NCBI GenBank assembly: GCA_001029735.1
Contig: CP011213.1
Location: 76,087 to 140,086, forward strand
DNA from: Berkelbacteria bacterium GW2011_GWE1_39_12
GTDB taxonomy: Bacteria; Patescibacteriota; UBA1384; UBA12157
DNA: 64,000 nucleotides
Reading direction: 5' to 3'
In this document: piece by piece, positions 1 through 9,061 of the stretch
Layout: every line of letters starts with the position of its first letter
Position numbering within the stretch: the stretch's first letter is position 1
Notes under the pieces: generated by a model
Told to the model about the DNA's origin: nothing
Seen by the model: the letters and a program-made list of their open reading frames with translations, nothing else
Databases searched by the model: none
Program-made: the position numbers and the translations under genes

Positions 1-743
1 TTGATCGCCTCTGCAATCTCTTCCGGAGAAGCAGTATATTCTTCGATTTCTATTTCATTTTTTTGTCTTACAAAATCTAATATTTCTTGGACTTTAGAAT
101 CAAACGGGTTTGAAACGGCAACCTTAATTTTGGAATTTTCATGATTTTCAAAAACAACCATACTATATTTTTTAGAAATCTCAATTGGAAATTTAGTAAT
201 CGTTTCGTAGGAAATTTTTATGTTTTTTAAATCTATAGTTTTTAAGTGTTGTTTTGGCGTTTTTGGCTGATTATCGACATGGTTTACAACCGGCGGCGTA
301 ACCTGAGTATCATAAAGCGGCAGCACCGACTGAATATCTTCTGGCGTGGTAATATAGATATCAACAGTGATCCCCTTCTGATGTTTAAGGTCTGAGATAA
401 TTTGCGGCGGATTACTTTTCAGGTGTGCTGGTAATCCAAAAGCCATTTTTACTCGGCTGTCATCTTTTTCAAAAACAACGACTTTATATTTTTGAGCCAA
501 ATCCTTTGGAATTAATTTTAACGCGTCCGGCTTAATTAAATAATTTTCCAAACGCATGATTGGCAAATCGTATAAAACTGCATAGGCCTTAGCGATATCT
601 TCCGAACTAACCATTTTTTGCTTTCGTAGCTTTTCTTCAATTTTTTCGTTCGTAAAATCAGCCGGAATCTGAGAGGCCTCTGTATCAGTTATTCGGTTCG
701 AGCTTAATAAGATATCTAAAATTGTTTTGTTTTTTTGTTCCAT
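1..743 (-). CDS. pilB: Type IV pilus/T2SS assembly ATPase (PilB/GspE family), N-terminal part; runs off window
   Basis: Hand translation from ATG at 743: MEQKKQKQILDILLSSNRIT...EDIAKAYAVLYDLPIMRLENYLIKPDALKLIPKDLAQKYKVVVFEK; T2SSE N-terminal-like domain, apparently repeated; ATPase domain outside window. Confidence 0.65.
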   Translation of the reverse strand, partial: MEQKNKTILDILLSSNRITDTEASQIPADFTNEKIEEKLRKQKMVSSEDIAKAYAVLYDLPIMRLENYLIKPDALKLIPKDLAQKYKVVVFEKDDSRVKMAFGLPAHLKSNPPQIISDLKHQKGITVDIYITTPEDIQSVLPLYDTQVTPPVVNHVDNQPKTPKQHLKTIDLKNIKISYETITKFPIEISKKYSMVVFENHENSKIKVAVSNPFDSKVQEILDFVRQKNEIEIEEYTASPEEIAEAI

Positions 744-988
744 ATTTTTCAAAAAAGGTCTTGAAAAATTACGCGACAGGACGAAGCCCTGACTAATTTA
801 AGCGAATATTAAGCCAAAATCGCTCTCCCCTCCTTTGAGGAGAACATTTGTTACTACAATATTAATATATCATTATTTTAAATAAAATGCATGGTCTAAA
901 AAAACACGAATTTTATCGTGCTCTTCTAGTTGGCAGAATGCAACAACTAAATCAGAAACTTTATCTAGAAATCTTGAAAAAAATCTAT

Positions 989-1606
989 CTATTTCTTCAG
1001 ACTCTTTTTACTTTTTATGAATAACACTAAGGAGATTAGAAATAACCACAAAATAAAGGCACCGATTGTAATCCTCTCAGCAATTCCAAAATATGCCGGA
1101 AATTTTGTAGGCCCAATTGCAGTTAGTGGACCTGAAATAAAGATTATTAGCCCCAGGATGACTGAGATAACTTTTAAATTTTTGTAGCCATCCATTTTAC
1201 CAAAACCAAAAGCGGAGAGAAAAACTGCCAACAAAGTGGTTATTGCGGCCATTCCAGCCAAAAAGAAATGTATTAGGCCTTTAAATGTAAGAGTAATATT
1301 TATGGGATCTTGCGGGAAGAAGTACATTAATATTCCCGATAATGCACACAGGAGCAAGAAAGCTGCCGACGATTTAATAAGCTTATTTTTGCCCCAAACA
1401 AAAAAACCGAGACTGAATGCAGCAAGAAATATGTTATACATCCAAAAGAGCGGCTGCATTATGATTTAATTTGGTGCAAGTGTCATAGTAAGTTCACTGA
1501 TAGCTTGGGAGATATGACTATAACCTGTCCACAAAAAACCGCCTAATATCACAGCGAAAATATAAATTAATGATGCGATGATTCCAAAATAATAAAACCT
1601 TTTCAT
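989..1606 (-). pseudogene. DUF998-like membrane protein with in-frame TAA at 1466-1468
   Basis: Frame from ATG 1606 reads MKRFYYFGII...GYSHISQAISELTMTLAPN*IIMQPLFW, continuous with ORF 989..1459; YSHISQAISEL, H and ER motifs typical of DUF998. Confidence 0.7.
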
Positions 1607-1655
1607 AACATATCTTCCTATAAAATTTTTATATTTTTGCCCTCACGGTTCTCTT

Positions 1656-2444
1656 TCATTTGCCCGATTTGAGATTCCTAAGATCAAGTATGCCTAAGAG
1701 CAAAAATAATAACGATAAAATACTAAACAAAATTAGGAAAAATGGATCAACAGTCAGATTATACTTTGGTTTGATTAGCTCTCCCACACCCAATGGAGCA
1801 AGTTCAACAAAAGCCATTATGTTTAGGGCAGGCAAGATGAAATAACTAAACGGATTTTTTCTCTTCGCCAATATTGCCGTGATTATGAATGCCGGCATGA
1901 CAAAACATAAATCAATAACAAATACGGATATAAAATCGACACGTTTACCATTATTAATTTGCGTCAGCAACATCATTATCCAAAGTGGATAAAACACAAG
2001 TGGCTGAAGAAAAGAAAAAACAACCGATACTTTTCTAAGTCTATCGGACAAAGATAGTTTATTTAGCTTTTCTTTCTCAATATTAATAAGTCCAAAAACT
2101 AAAGAATAAAAAGATATTGTGAAAATAGCCATATAGACAATATATAAAGGAGTGAACACCTGACCAATAACATAGAGACCATATCCGTAGAAAAGATAGG
2201 CAGTAAGCCCTATAGCAATAATTTGTTTTTTGTATTCATCTTGTTCGGTTTTGAATGCCAAGAACAGAAGAATAAGTCCCGCGGGAATAGTCATAAAATC
2301 TTGTGCAAGCGTTCCGGGAATCAAATTGGCTGGCTCGACACTGTTATACATGTATGGCCGGAGCAGACCGACAACAGAAACAGTTACTGATAAAATAGAT
2401 GCCATGCCCCATAGAATTTTGTTTAGTTTTAGATTTTTCATCAT
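1656..2444 (-). CDS. Polytopic membrane protein, unknown function
   Basis: 262 aa, about 8 hydrophobic segments, overlaps stop of upstream gene. Confidence 0.75.
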   Translation of the reverse strand: MMKNLKLNKILWGMASILSVTVSVVGLLRPYMYNSVEPANLIPGTLAQDFMTIPAGLILLFLAFKTEQDEYKKQIIAIGLTAYLFYGYGLYVIGQVFTPLYIVYMAIFTISFYSLVFGLINIEKEKLNKLSLSDRLRKVSVVFSFLQPLVFYPLWIMMLLTQINNGKRVDFISVFVIDLCFVMPAFIITAILAKRKNPFSYFILPALNIMAFVELAPLGVGELIKPKYNLTVDPFFLILFSILSLLFLLLGILDLRNLKSGK

Positions 2445-3445
2445 ATTACTAAACCCTTTGTTCGGAAAGCTCCTCTCGAATTGCCGTCTATTTTAATAAT
2501 AAATTTAGAAATTGCATTTTTGACCTCTTCCTCGTGTCCGAGAAGTAGATGACCGCCATCCGGTATGGAAAATAATCCCACGTCAGGAATTATACCGGAA
2601 ATTTTCTTTGCACCTTCATATGGCGGAGCGGGATCGTCAACAGCGTGAACGATCAAAGTCGGCAATTTTATGCGTTCAAATTCAAAGGACTTGGCTTCAA
2701 TCGAGGGAGTTGAGATCTTATTGTCAAAAATAACCCCTTCACTCCTCCTTGATATTGGAAACGAGGCCGCAAAAATATTGTTTTTTACCGTTTCAATTTC
2801 CGACTTGTTCATCTTGGTGATTATGGCCGACGGAACAAACATCTTCATCAGACTTTTTCCAGCGATCTTCGTCGTCAACCAGTAAATAAAATCGGATTTG
2901 AAAACAATATCCGGCGGAGAGGAAACTTTTGTCGTGGTGGCAGAAATCGGCACAACTGATGAGATTAGTATTAATCCCTCGCATTTCTCCGGATAATCTA
3001 CGGCAAAATTCATCGCCGAAGGACCGCCAGCTGAATTTCCGACGATAAATACTTTTTTAATTCCAAGATAGTCCAAAAGTTCACTATAAGCTTCCGCTTG
3101 CATTTTTACTGAAGCGTCTCTGGGCATGGATGACTTTAAATATCCGAATCTTGAAATATAAAGAAAACGATAATTTTGTTCGATATATGCACTCGACAGC
3201 CCTATCCCCTGATCAATGCCCCCAGTAACTCCGTGTGAAATCAAAATAGTCGGCCCCTCGCCTTTTAGTAGATACTCAATGTCGCCGAATTTTGAGGCAA
3301 ATACTTTTGACGGAATAGCTTTTTGCTTGGCAGTAGCATTATTCATTTCCGAACGAAAAACAAAATAGATAATCGAAAAGATCCCTATTAAAATAACTAT
3401 TCCTATCCACATATAAACCTTTCTTTTTTTTAACAAATGCTTCAC
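2441..3445 (-). CDS. Alpha/beta hydrolase with N-terminal membrane anchor
   Basis: HG oxyanion motif, GNSAG nucleophile elbow, PTLIVHAVDD and GGH; RBS AAGGAG. Confidence 0.85.
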   Translation of the reverse strand: MKHLLKKRKVYMWIGIVILIGIFSIIYFVFRSEMNNATAKQKAIPSKVFASKFGDIEYLLKGEGPTILISHGVTGGIDQGIGLSSAYIEQNYRFLYISRFGYLKSSMPRDASVKMQAEAYSELLDYLGIKKVFIVGNSAGGPSAMNFAVDYPEKCEGLILISSVVPISATTTKVSSPPDIVFKSDFIYWLTTKIAGKSLMKMFVPSAIITKMNKSEIETVKNNIFAASFPISRRSEGVIFDNKISTPSIEAKSFEFERIKLPTLIVHAVDDPAPPYEGAKKISGIIPDVGLFSIPDGGHLLLGHEEEVKNAISKFIIKIDGNSRGAFRTKGLVI

Positions 3446-3542
3446 TTTATCTCCTTTTCATTTCATGAAATTATCAATACCAACTTCTGAACATTTAATC
3501 TTGGATGAACCTATATGCAAAATAGATAAGTGTTTCATAAAT

Positions 3543-4229
3543 TTATCGGTCTCCCCTGTTAAAAAGTTTAAACAATAGAAACCCATTAACTATTAAGGTT
3601 AACCAGGTAAAGGTATAAGCTGCAATCTCAAAGTAATATTCTCTATCCAGCCCCATTGTTGCTAAGATAACAACTAATGAAAGTACGGTTAGAACAAAAC
3701 TTCCAATGAATATTCCCTTAACCCATTTTTCTAATTTCGTCCGGGCTGTCATAGCCAATCCACCAAAAAGAAAAGAGATAGTCATGAGCAAAAAGCCTAA
3801 TTCTTCCAATGCGATAAATAGTCCGTGGGGGTTAAACTGTGTCAACAAAGAAACACCATCTGCCTCACCCTTTAAAACACTTGGCTGGATAACCGCTAGT
3901 TGAGTAAAATAAGTTACGAAAAAAATCGCCGCTGACATGGATGCAAAGATAACAGTAATTTGCCCGTATAATTTCTTTTTTTCTTCGGTCCGATTTCCCA
4001 AAATGATCATCAAAATCAAATAAGCAAAAATGACAACCATTGCAGGGATCAGCCAATAATAATCTCTTGGAAATCTTGAAGCAATGTCAAGATAAGGATA
4101 TTGAAAACAACTTGCAGCCCTACAAAAAGGCCCGGATAACGGAGGTGTGTAATAAGCGATAATAAAAGTCAATATTGTCGCTATTGAGGTAAATAATGCA
4201 AATCCTGATCTAAAATTAAGTTTTTTCAT
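3543..4229 (-). CDS. Polytopic membrane protein, unknown function
   Basis: 228 aa, about 6 hydrophobic segments. Confidence 0.75.
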   Translation of the reverse strand: MKKLNFRSGFALFTSIATILTFIIAYYTPPLSGPFCRAASCFQYPYLDIASRFPRDYYWLIPAMVVIFAYLILMIILGNRTEEKKKLYGQITVIFASMSAAIFFVTYFTQLAVIQPSVLKGEADGVSLLTQFNPHGLFIALEELGFLLMTISFLFGGLAMTARTKLEKWVKGIFIGSFVLTVLSLVVILATMGLDREYYFEIAAYTFTWLTLIVNGFLLFKLFNRGDR

Positions 4230-4395
4230 TTTTATTTCTCTCCATTACTTTTTAGCCTTAAAGCAAAATATATTAACATAATCGAAAATAGTCCCACTGA
4301 AAGCTCAAGAAGGGTGTAGATAATTGCCGCTACCTCAGGCTGCACTAAATGTAACTGGTCAGCAATAATTTGAGCAGGTATTTTTCCTCATGTTA

Positions 4396-4833
4396 TTAGA
4401 CTTTTGCTTTGATTGCTCTTGCCCATTCTATCGCTTTTTCTAGCTCGTCGTCCAGTAAATGTGGTGACTGCTGTGGCCCTGCAACATAGAAGGGCATTGG
4501 CTCGACAAAAATTTCTGCCCCGGCGCTTCGTAGCGAATTGGCCATTTTCCCCATCGCATCGCCATGAATGAAAAGCTTGACTCTAGTGTCAAAAGACGTC
4601 GCTTTTATTCCGTCCAAATCTTTTTCGTTTAAAGAGTCTAAAAAAGCAGCTGTGTTGTCACTTGGTCGCCAACCACGAATTGGGCTGCCAACAATAAGCA
4701 GTTCTATCCCTTCCAAATCTGACTTTTTGAAGACTCTCGCCTGGACTATCTTCGCATCTATTATTACGGCGATTTTTTCAGCAATAAGCTTGGTATTGCC
4801 GAAGGCAGAATCATAAACGATTAAAGATTTCAT
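4396..4833 (-). CDS. Flavodoxin family protein
   Basis: IVYDSAFGNT FMN-binding loop, VGSP, FDTR. Confidence 0.9.
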   Translation of the reverse strand: MKSLIVYDSAFGNTKLIAEKIAVIIDAKIVQARVFKKSDLEGIELLIVGSPIRGWRPSDNTAAFLDSLNEKDLDGIKATSFDTRVKLFIHGDAMGKMANSLRSAGAEIFVEPMPFYVAGPQQSPHLLDDELEKAIEWARAIKAKV

Positions 4834-5083
4834 TTTGCTCCTAATCGATTAAAGGGATTACATGCAAGAAGAAATTAAACTTCTAAAGCTTTTCCTTTAG
4901 TTTATTACTCTTACAACAACTATTTTACTATCTTTGTAGGTTTTGTAAATAATACGGTCGCGCATTTATAATTTAGTGTTTATTAGACAATTTGCTGCCT
5001 ATTTTGCCCTTGCTAAAATTCTTGGCAATCAGCCACTAATATAATAAAATTAAAGTATAGTTAGTAATAAATTAAGGAGGAAT

Positions 5084-5257
5084 ATGCTATCTCCGAACAT
5101 GCAAAATTACTACAAACCATTTAAGTTTAAGCCCCAGAAAGACCTACTAGTGGTTTTTATTTCATGGATCTCTCCAAGCGCAAATCGACTCCTGCGGTCT
5201 CCTCTCAATCAAACTAGTATTCCTTACAATCGAATGAAAATATTAGTTCGATCCTAG
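5084..5257 (+). CDS. Possible small protein (57 aa)
   Basis: AAGGAGG RBS, open frame MLSPNMQNYY...KILVRS*, followed by terminator-like hairpin 5271-5304. Confidence 0.35.
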   Translation: MLSPNMQNYYKPFKFKPQKDLLVVFISWISPSANRLLRSPLNQTSIPYNRMKILVRS

Positions 5258-5305
5258 TTTTGCCCTATACAAAAAATAATCGCTCTATAAGCGACTATTT
5301 TTTTC

Positions 5306-5421
5306 TGGCAGGAGCTGCCTTTAGGCACGCAGGAAGCATGCCTAAAGGCGAACCTACGACGCTGGTTTTGCCAAGAAATTTTTCTTGGCACGCAGACCAG
5401 CATTATACCATTTAATTACGC
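5306..5421 (-). pseudogene. Degenerate tRNA-Trp copy broken by two palindromic inserts
   Basis: Blocks tggcaggagctg, gaacctacgacgctggttttg and agaccagcattataccatttaa are identical to tRNA-Trp 5519-5592; hairpins at 5317-5349 and 5369-5390. Confidence 0.85.
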
Positions 5422-5436
5422 AAAAATAGAGCTTGT

Positions 5437-5488
5437 TGGCAGGAGAGGAAGGAAAGTTGCAAAATTGCGTTGCAATTTCCGAACCCTT
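5437..5488 (-). pseudogene. tRNA 3'-end fragment with palindrome in T-loop
   Basis: tggcaggag-aggaa-[ggaaagttgcaa...ttgcaatttcc]-gaaccc; flank resembles tRNA-Trp trailer. Confidence 0.6.
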
Positions 5489-5518
5489 AATTCACTTTGT
5501 ACTAAAAATTGAGCTTCG

Positions 5519-5592
5519 TGGCAGGAGCTGTAGGAATCGAACCTACGACGCTGGTTTTGGAGACCAGCATTATACCATTTAACTAAGCTCCC
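5519..5592 (-). tRNA. tRNA-Trp (CCA)
   Basis: Cloverleaf GGGAGCT...ctggt CT CCA AA accag...GGTTCGATTCC...AGCTCCTGCCA. Confidence 0.95.
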
Positions 5593-5701
5593 AGCACAAA
5601 ACTCAATTTAAAAGAAACCCAAAAATCCACGAGCCGGCGAATTTATATTTTTGCTTATCTAAAACAAACTTTGCTTAATCTCTTCAAAGATCAAGCTCTA
5701 A

Positions 5702-5881
5702 TTATTTTTTCGCTTTAGAAATTTTCACTTCTTTATGCGGAGTGTGCTTGCGACATTTATTACAAAACTTTGAAAGTTCCAACTTTTCTTTATTTTCAAT
5801 TGGATTTTTCGAAGTTACATAATTTCTTGCTTTGCATTCACTGCATTCAAATTGAAATGCTAATGTTTTTGATTTGGCCAT
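5702..5881 (-). CDS. rpmG: 50S ribosomal protein L33
   Basis: Hand translation MAKSKTLAFQFECSECKARNYVTSKN...LELSKFCNKCRKHTPHKEVK; between tRNA-Thr and tRNA-Trp. Confidence 0.95.
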   Translation of the reverse strand: MAKSKTLAFQFECSECKARNYVTSKNPIENKEKLELSKFCNKCRKHTPHKEVKISKAKK

Positions 5882-5905
5882 TTTATTTCCTTTAATTTAA
5901 TTAAC

Positions 5906-5980
5906 TGGAGCCCGGAATCGGATTTGAACCGACGACCTACTCCTTACCATGGAGTTGCTCTACCACTGAGCTATCCGGGC
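5906..5980 (-). tRNA. tRNA-Thr (GGT)
   Basis: GCCCGGATAGCTCAGTGGTAGAGC actcc AT GGT AA ggagt...GGTTCAAATCC...CCA. Confidence 0.95.
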
Positions 5981-6046
5981 ATCAAAATTTTGTTTTTACT
6001 AATGCCAACCAGTAACTATCCGGACTAATCTACACTGATTTGTATT

Positions 6047-6133
6047 TGGTGCCAGGAGTAGGATTCGAACCTACGAAGCCGCAAGGGCAAGAGATTTACA
6101 GTCTCCCCCAGTTGACCACTTTGGTATCCTGGC
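6047..6133 (-). tRNA. tRNA-Tyr (GTA)
   Basis: GCCAGGA...gaga CT GTA AA tctc, long variable arm, GGTTCGAATCC, TCCTGGCACCA. Confidence 0.93.
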
Positions 6134-6506
6134 TTATTTTATACTCGTCGTATTTCTTATTTTCGATCGATATTTCACTTCTCGCTTTCACGCATTCCCA
6201 TGGTATCTGATATTTTGCTCCCCTTTCCGTATATATAAACAACTCGTCAAAATCATCTTTTTCATACTTTTTCGCATAATGATAAGACTGATTACCGCCC
6301 GTAATTCTCAGCCCGACCAAGCATTGGTCCTTATTTGGATAATAACCAGCGAACTTTACTTGAACTCTTTTTAGACTTCCGCCTTTTTCAACAACCAGAT
6401 CATACGATCTTTTATCACCGATTGGCAAACATACTTCATAATTTTGGGAAATGTAATGGCTAATGGCTTGACCAATTGCTCTGTCACCTTTTTCCTTGGT
6501 ATTCAT
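6096..6506 (-). CDS. PD-(D/E)XK endonuclease (group I intron-associated/I-Ssp6803I-like family)
   Basis: MNTKEKGD...PIGDKRSYDLVVEKGGSLKRVQVK; TTGCTG-17-TATAAT ends 6 nt before ATG; last 38 nt overlap tRNA-Tyr. Confidence 0.8.
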   Translation of the reverse strand: MNTKEKGDRAIGQAISHYISQNYEVCLPIGDKRSYDLVVEKGGSLKRVQVKFAGYYPNKDQCLVGLRITGGNQSYHYAKKYEKDDFDELFIYTERGAKYQIPWECVKARSEISIENKKYDEYKISQDTKVVNWGRL

Positions 6507-6529
6507 GTTTCTATTATACCTGTGTATAG

Positions 6530-6570
6530 TACAGACAGCAAATCCATCTGACCTACTCCGCCAATCCGGC
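6530..6570 (-). pseudogene. 5' half of a tRNA, probably Tyr, ending at CTGTA
   Basis: GCCGGATTGGCGGAGTAGGTCA...GCTGTCTGTA just downstream of promoter TTGAAA(6608-6603)-17-TAAAAT(6585-6580). Confidence 0.5.
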
Positions 6571-6628
6571 AATAATTCGATTTTACACTAAAACTCTTCT
6601 AATTTCAACCTCATGTAACAAAACTATT

Positions 6629-8038
6629 TCATTCAACAAAACCGATTAGGTCTCCTTCGTTTTCTACCTTCGGAAATTTAGCAATTGTCTCTGCAATTGG
6701 CCGATAACCTACCAGCGCCCTCGTATCAAATTCTGATTGATTTACCCACTCAGGCACCGGCTTTCCTTGATGTAAATGAAAAAATTCCGCCAGCATTGTT
6801 GTCGCATAGGCTCCTTTTTTTAAATCAAAATGAAAAACACAGCCAGTAGGTATTTCATAGACGTGCCAGATTTTTGGAACAATCTTTGCCGGAACACTTA
6901 ATGGTTTGTTCAATTTCAGAAATTCGAAGCCTGGTTGATTAAATTTAATTTTGCTTAATTGGTCTTCGGGGATAAGTCCTTTATAAGGCTCAATACTTTC
7001 CCGAAAATCCCGAAGTAATGGTAATTCTTGTGGCACATTGCCTTCGGCAATTTTTTTGGATAATAATTTATTAAACCAATAGCTAAAATAACCGTAAACA
7101 CACATCTTCGTTTCATACGGCACCGCTTTTAAAGCCATTGAAAAATCGGAATTGGCTTTTAGACTGCCTAGAAACAACAGCTCATAATATAGAAAATACG
7201 GAAATTGAGAAAAAATTTCATACATTTTTGCCCAATTACCCCAATAGGTAGCTGCTTCATTCCTTAAATTTTGTAGCACAGGCATTTCGTGGCTATTTGT
7301 GCCAACTAAAAGCATTTTGACAGCGTCTTCGTGCTCACCTCTAAGAATTCTTCCGCCAGTTTTATGTGAATTTAGCCTCGCTCCACCAAAACGCTGAAGA
7401 GAATAAAAATTATAAAACCCTTCTTTGTTTAAAATATTTACTTTTTGTTCAAGTTTTGCCAAATCCTGGGGTTGAGTTCTAACCAAAATTGTAAATCTGT
7501 TACCGTATAAATTTCCAACTTTCTCTATCCCCCTTCGCTCGTGTATATTTTTTAAAAAAAGATTTGGGACTGAAATATTTTGCAATTTATCCGGCGTGAG
7601 ACCATCGATAGTAATCTTTTGCGCCGTGATTGCTTCCGAATCCTTCATTCCGGCATAACTAATTTGAAGTTCGCTAATTTTTAAGTTTTCCGCCAAACGC
7701 TCCACTGCTTCTATTGTAGGCATGCCTTGTTTGACTAAATCGGCTTCGCTTTTTGGACTTTGTAGATTCTGTCTACTTGGATGATTTTCTGGTACGTCTT
7801 CAATACTGATAATTTCAAAATCAGTAGAAATTTCTTCAACAATAAAATCAGCCCATTTGTTCTTTATATAGCCAGATCCCATGACATCAGGATGATAATC
7901 GATTCCAATAATGGCTAAATGTTCGGGTATAAATTGAGGAGATTGGCCTGAAAAAACAAGGGTCGGATCGGTTTTGGCCAATTCTTTTAGTTTTTTTTCA
8001 TCTGCCAAACGCAGATAATAATCACGTTTAATTTCCAT
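6629..8038 (-). CDS. truD: tRNA pseudouridine(13) synthase TruD
   Basis: DFIVEE, YAGMKD..AITAQ, GNRFTI, NFYSLQRFG, GAYATT motifs. Confidence 0.9.
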   Translation of the reverse strand: MEIKRDYYLRLADEKKLKELAKTDPTLVFSGQSPQFIPEHLAIIGIDYHPDVMGSGYIKNKWADFIVEEISTDFEIISIEDVPENHPSRQNLQSPKSEADLVKQGMPTIEAVERLAENLKISELQISYAGMKDSEAITAQKITIDGLTPDKLQNISVPNLFLKNIHERRGIEKVGNLYGNRFTILVRTQPQDLAKLEQKVNILNKEGFYNFYSLQRFGGARLNSHKTGGRILRGEHEDAVKMLLVGTNSHEMPVLQNLRNEAATYWGNWAKMYEIFSQFPYFLYYELLFLGSLKANSDFSMALKAVPYETKMCVYGYFSYWFNKLLSKKIAEGNVPQELPLLRDFRESIEPYKGLIPEDQLSKIKFNQPGFEFLKLNKPLSVPAKIVPKIWHVYEIPTGCVFHFDLKKGAYATTMLAEFFHLHQGKPVPEWVNQSEFDTRALVGYRPIAETIAKFPKVENEGDLIGFVE

Positions 8039-8137
8039 TACAAATATATAGTACCGAAAAAAAGCTTAAATTGATACAAAACAGCCCCACACTTTAGTAC
8101 GTGCGGGGCTGGTCGAATTATTCCCTTGCGGGAGATA

Positions 8138-8761
8138 TTATTGAGCGACTTGTGCCGCTTCTTCTCTTGCCCGACGAGGCGCTTCCTCATCGATAACCCA
8201 GATGCCGTCCTGCTGGACGAACACTAGATCGATCCACCTGGATGGTGGGGCAGGATTGCCGTGATCGGGTTGGAGAATCATGTTGCCTTCAATCGATCCG
8301 TCAGGCTCAGGATTGAGCCAAGTACATCGAACGAAGAACGACTCTGCCCGTTTGATCGCGCGAAGCACCATCTTGAACTCTCCGGGCGTTAGAAGGCCAG
8401 GTTTGTCTTCAGACGAAGTACCCTCGACGAACTCGAGTTTATATCTGTCTTTACCTGACTTGACGAACAGACAGAACCACTCACCGTCCTCGAGCATCTT
8501 AACCAGAGTCTCGCTGGTGATGTACGTGCTGCGCATGATCTGACGCCCACTGTCAACGCCGTTTTCACGGGTGACTGTCGGAAGATTCATTGCAGCGGCT
8601 TCCCGCAGATGCAATTCCTTCATTGCTTCTGCCGGCCTATCCTCGATTCCTTTGAAATCTGACGGCTCGAGGGCAAGGCCTGCCGGGTTGAAAGGGTCGA
8701 AGAACGAAATCTTCTTCAGCGGAGGGTATGGAATTCTAGTGTTACCGATTTCCTGACTCAT
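8138..8761 (-). CDS. Hypothetical protein with own promoter and terminator
   Basis: AGGAGG RBS; TTGACA-17-TATAGT at about 8813-8841; hairpin 8082-8111; more GC-rich than flanks. Confidence 0.7.
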   Translation of the reverse strand: MSQEIGNTRIPYPPLKKISFFDPFNPAGLALEPSDFKGIEDRPAEAMKELHLREAAAMNLPTVTRENGVDSGRQIMRSTYITSETLVKMLEDGEWFCLFVKSGKDRYKLEFVEGTSSEDKPGLLTPGEFKMVLRAIKRAESFFVRCTWLNPEPDGSIEGNMILQPDHGNPAPPSRWIDLVFVQQDGIWVIDEEAPRRAREEAAQVAQ

Positions 8762-8887
8762 TTTCAAAACCTCCTAAAAGGTACAAATGTCCTCAAGATT
8801 GAGAACTAGGTTACTATACCACAAAATAGCCCATTTGTCAAGGGTATAACAGGTTAGGGATAATAATTAACAGATAAAGATAAAACT

Positions 8888-8925
8888 AGATTCCGGATCA
8901 GGTTTGCAGCCTGTCCGGAATGACA
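8888..8925. repeat. REP-like palindrome agattccgga...tccggaatgaca
   Basis: Inverted repeat attccgga/tccggaat plus GACA tail; same end signature as 54132-54171. Confidence 0.55.
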
Positions 8926-8970
8926 AAAATGTGTGATATTTGATAAAATAATCGGAAATGCATTTTTGGC

Positions 8971-9045
8971 TGGAGCCGGCGAGAGGGTTCGAACCCCCGA
9001 CCTGCTGTTTACAAAACAGCTGCTCTACCACTGAGCTACGCCGGC
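8971..9045 (-). tRNA. tRNA-Thr (TGT)
   Basis: GCCGGCGTAGCTCAGTGGTAGAGCA gctgt TT TGT AA acagc...GGTTCGAACCC...CCA. Confidence 0.95.
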
Positions 9046-9061
9046 TTAAGTCAAAAACGCA

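Noticed and set aside
6008-6026. Further tRNA-Thr 5' remnant (ccagtaactatccggac)
   Set aside because: Only about 8 nt exact similarity; too short to support
6134-6529. Group I intron in tRNA-Tyr
   Set aside because: Space is filled by the ORF, no catalytic core seen, and the downstream tRNA is complete by itself
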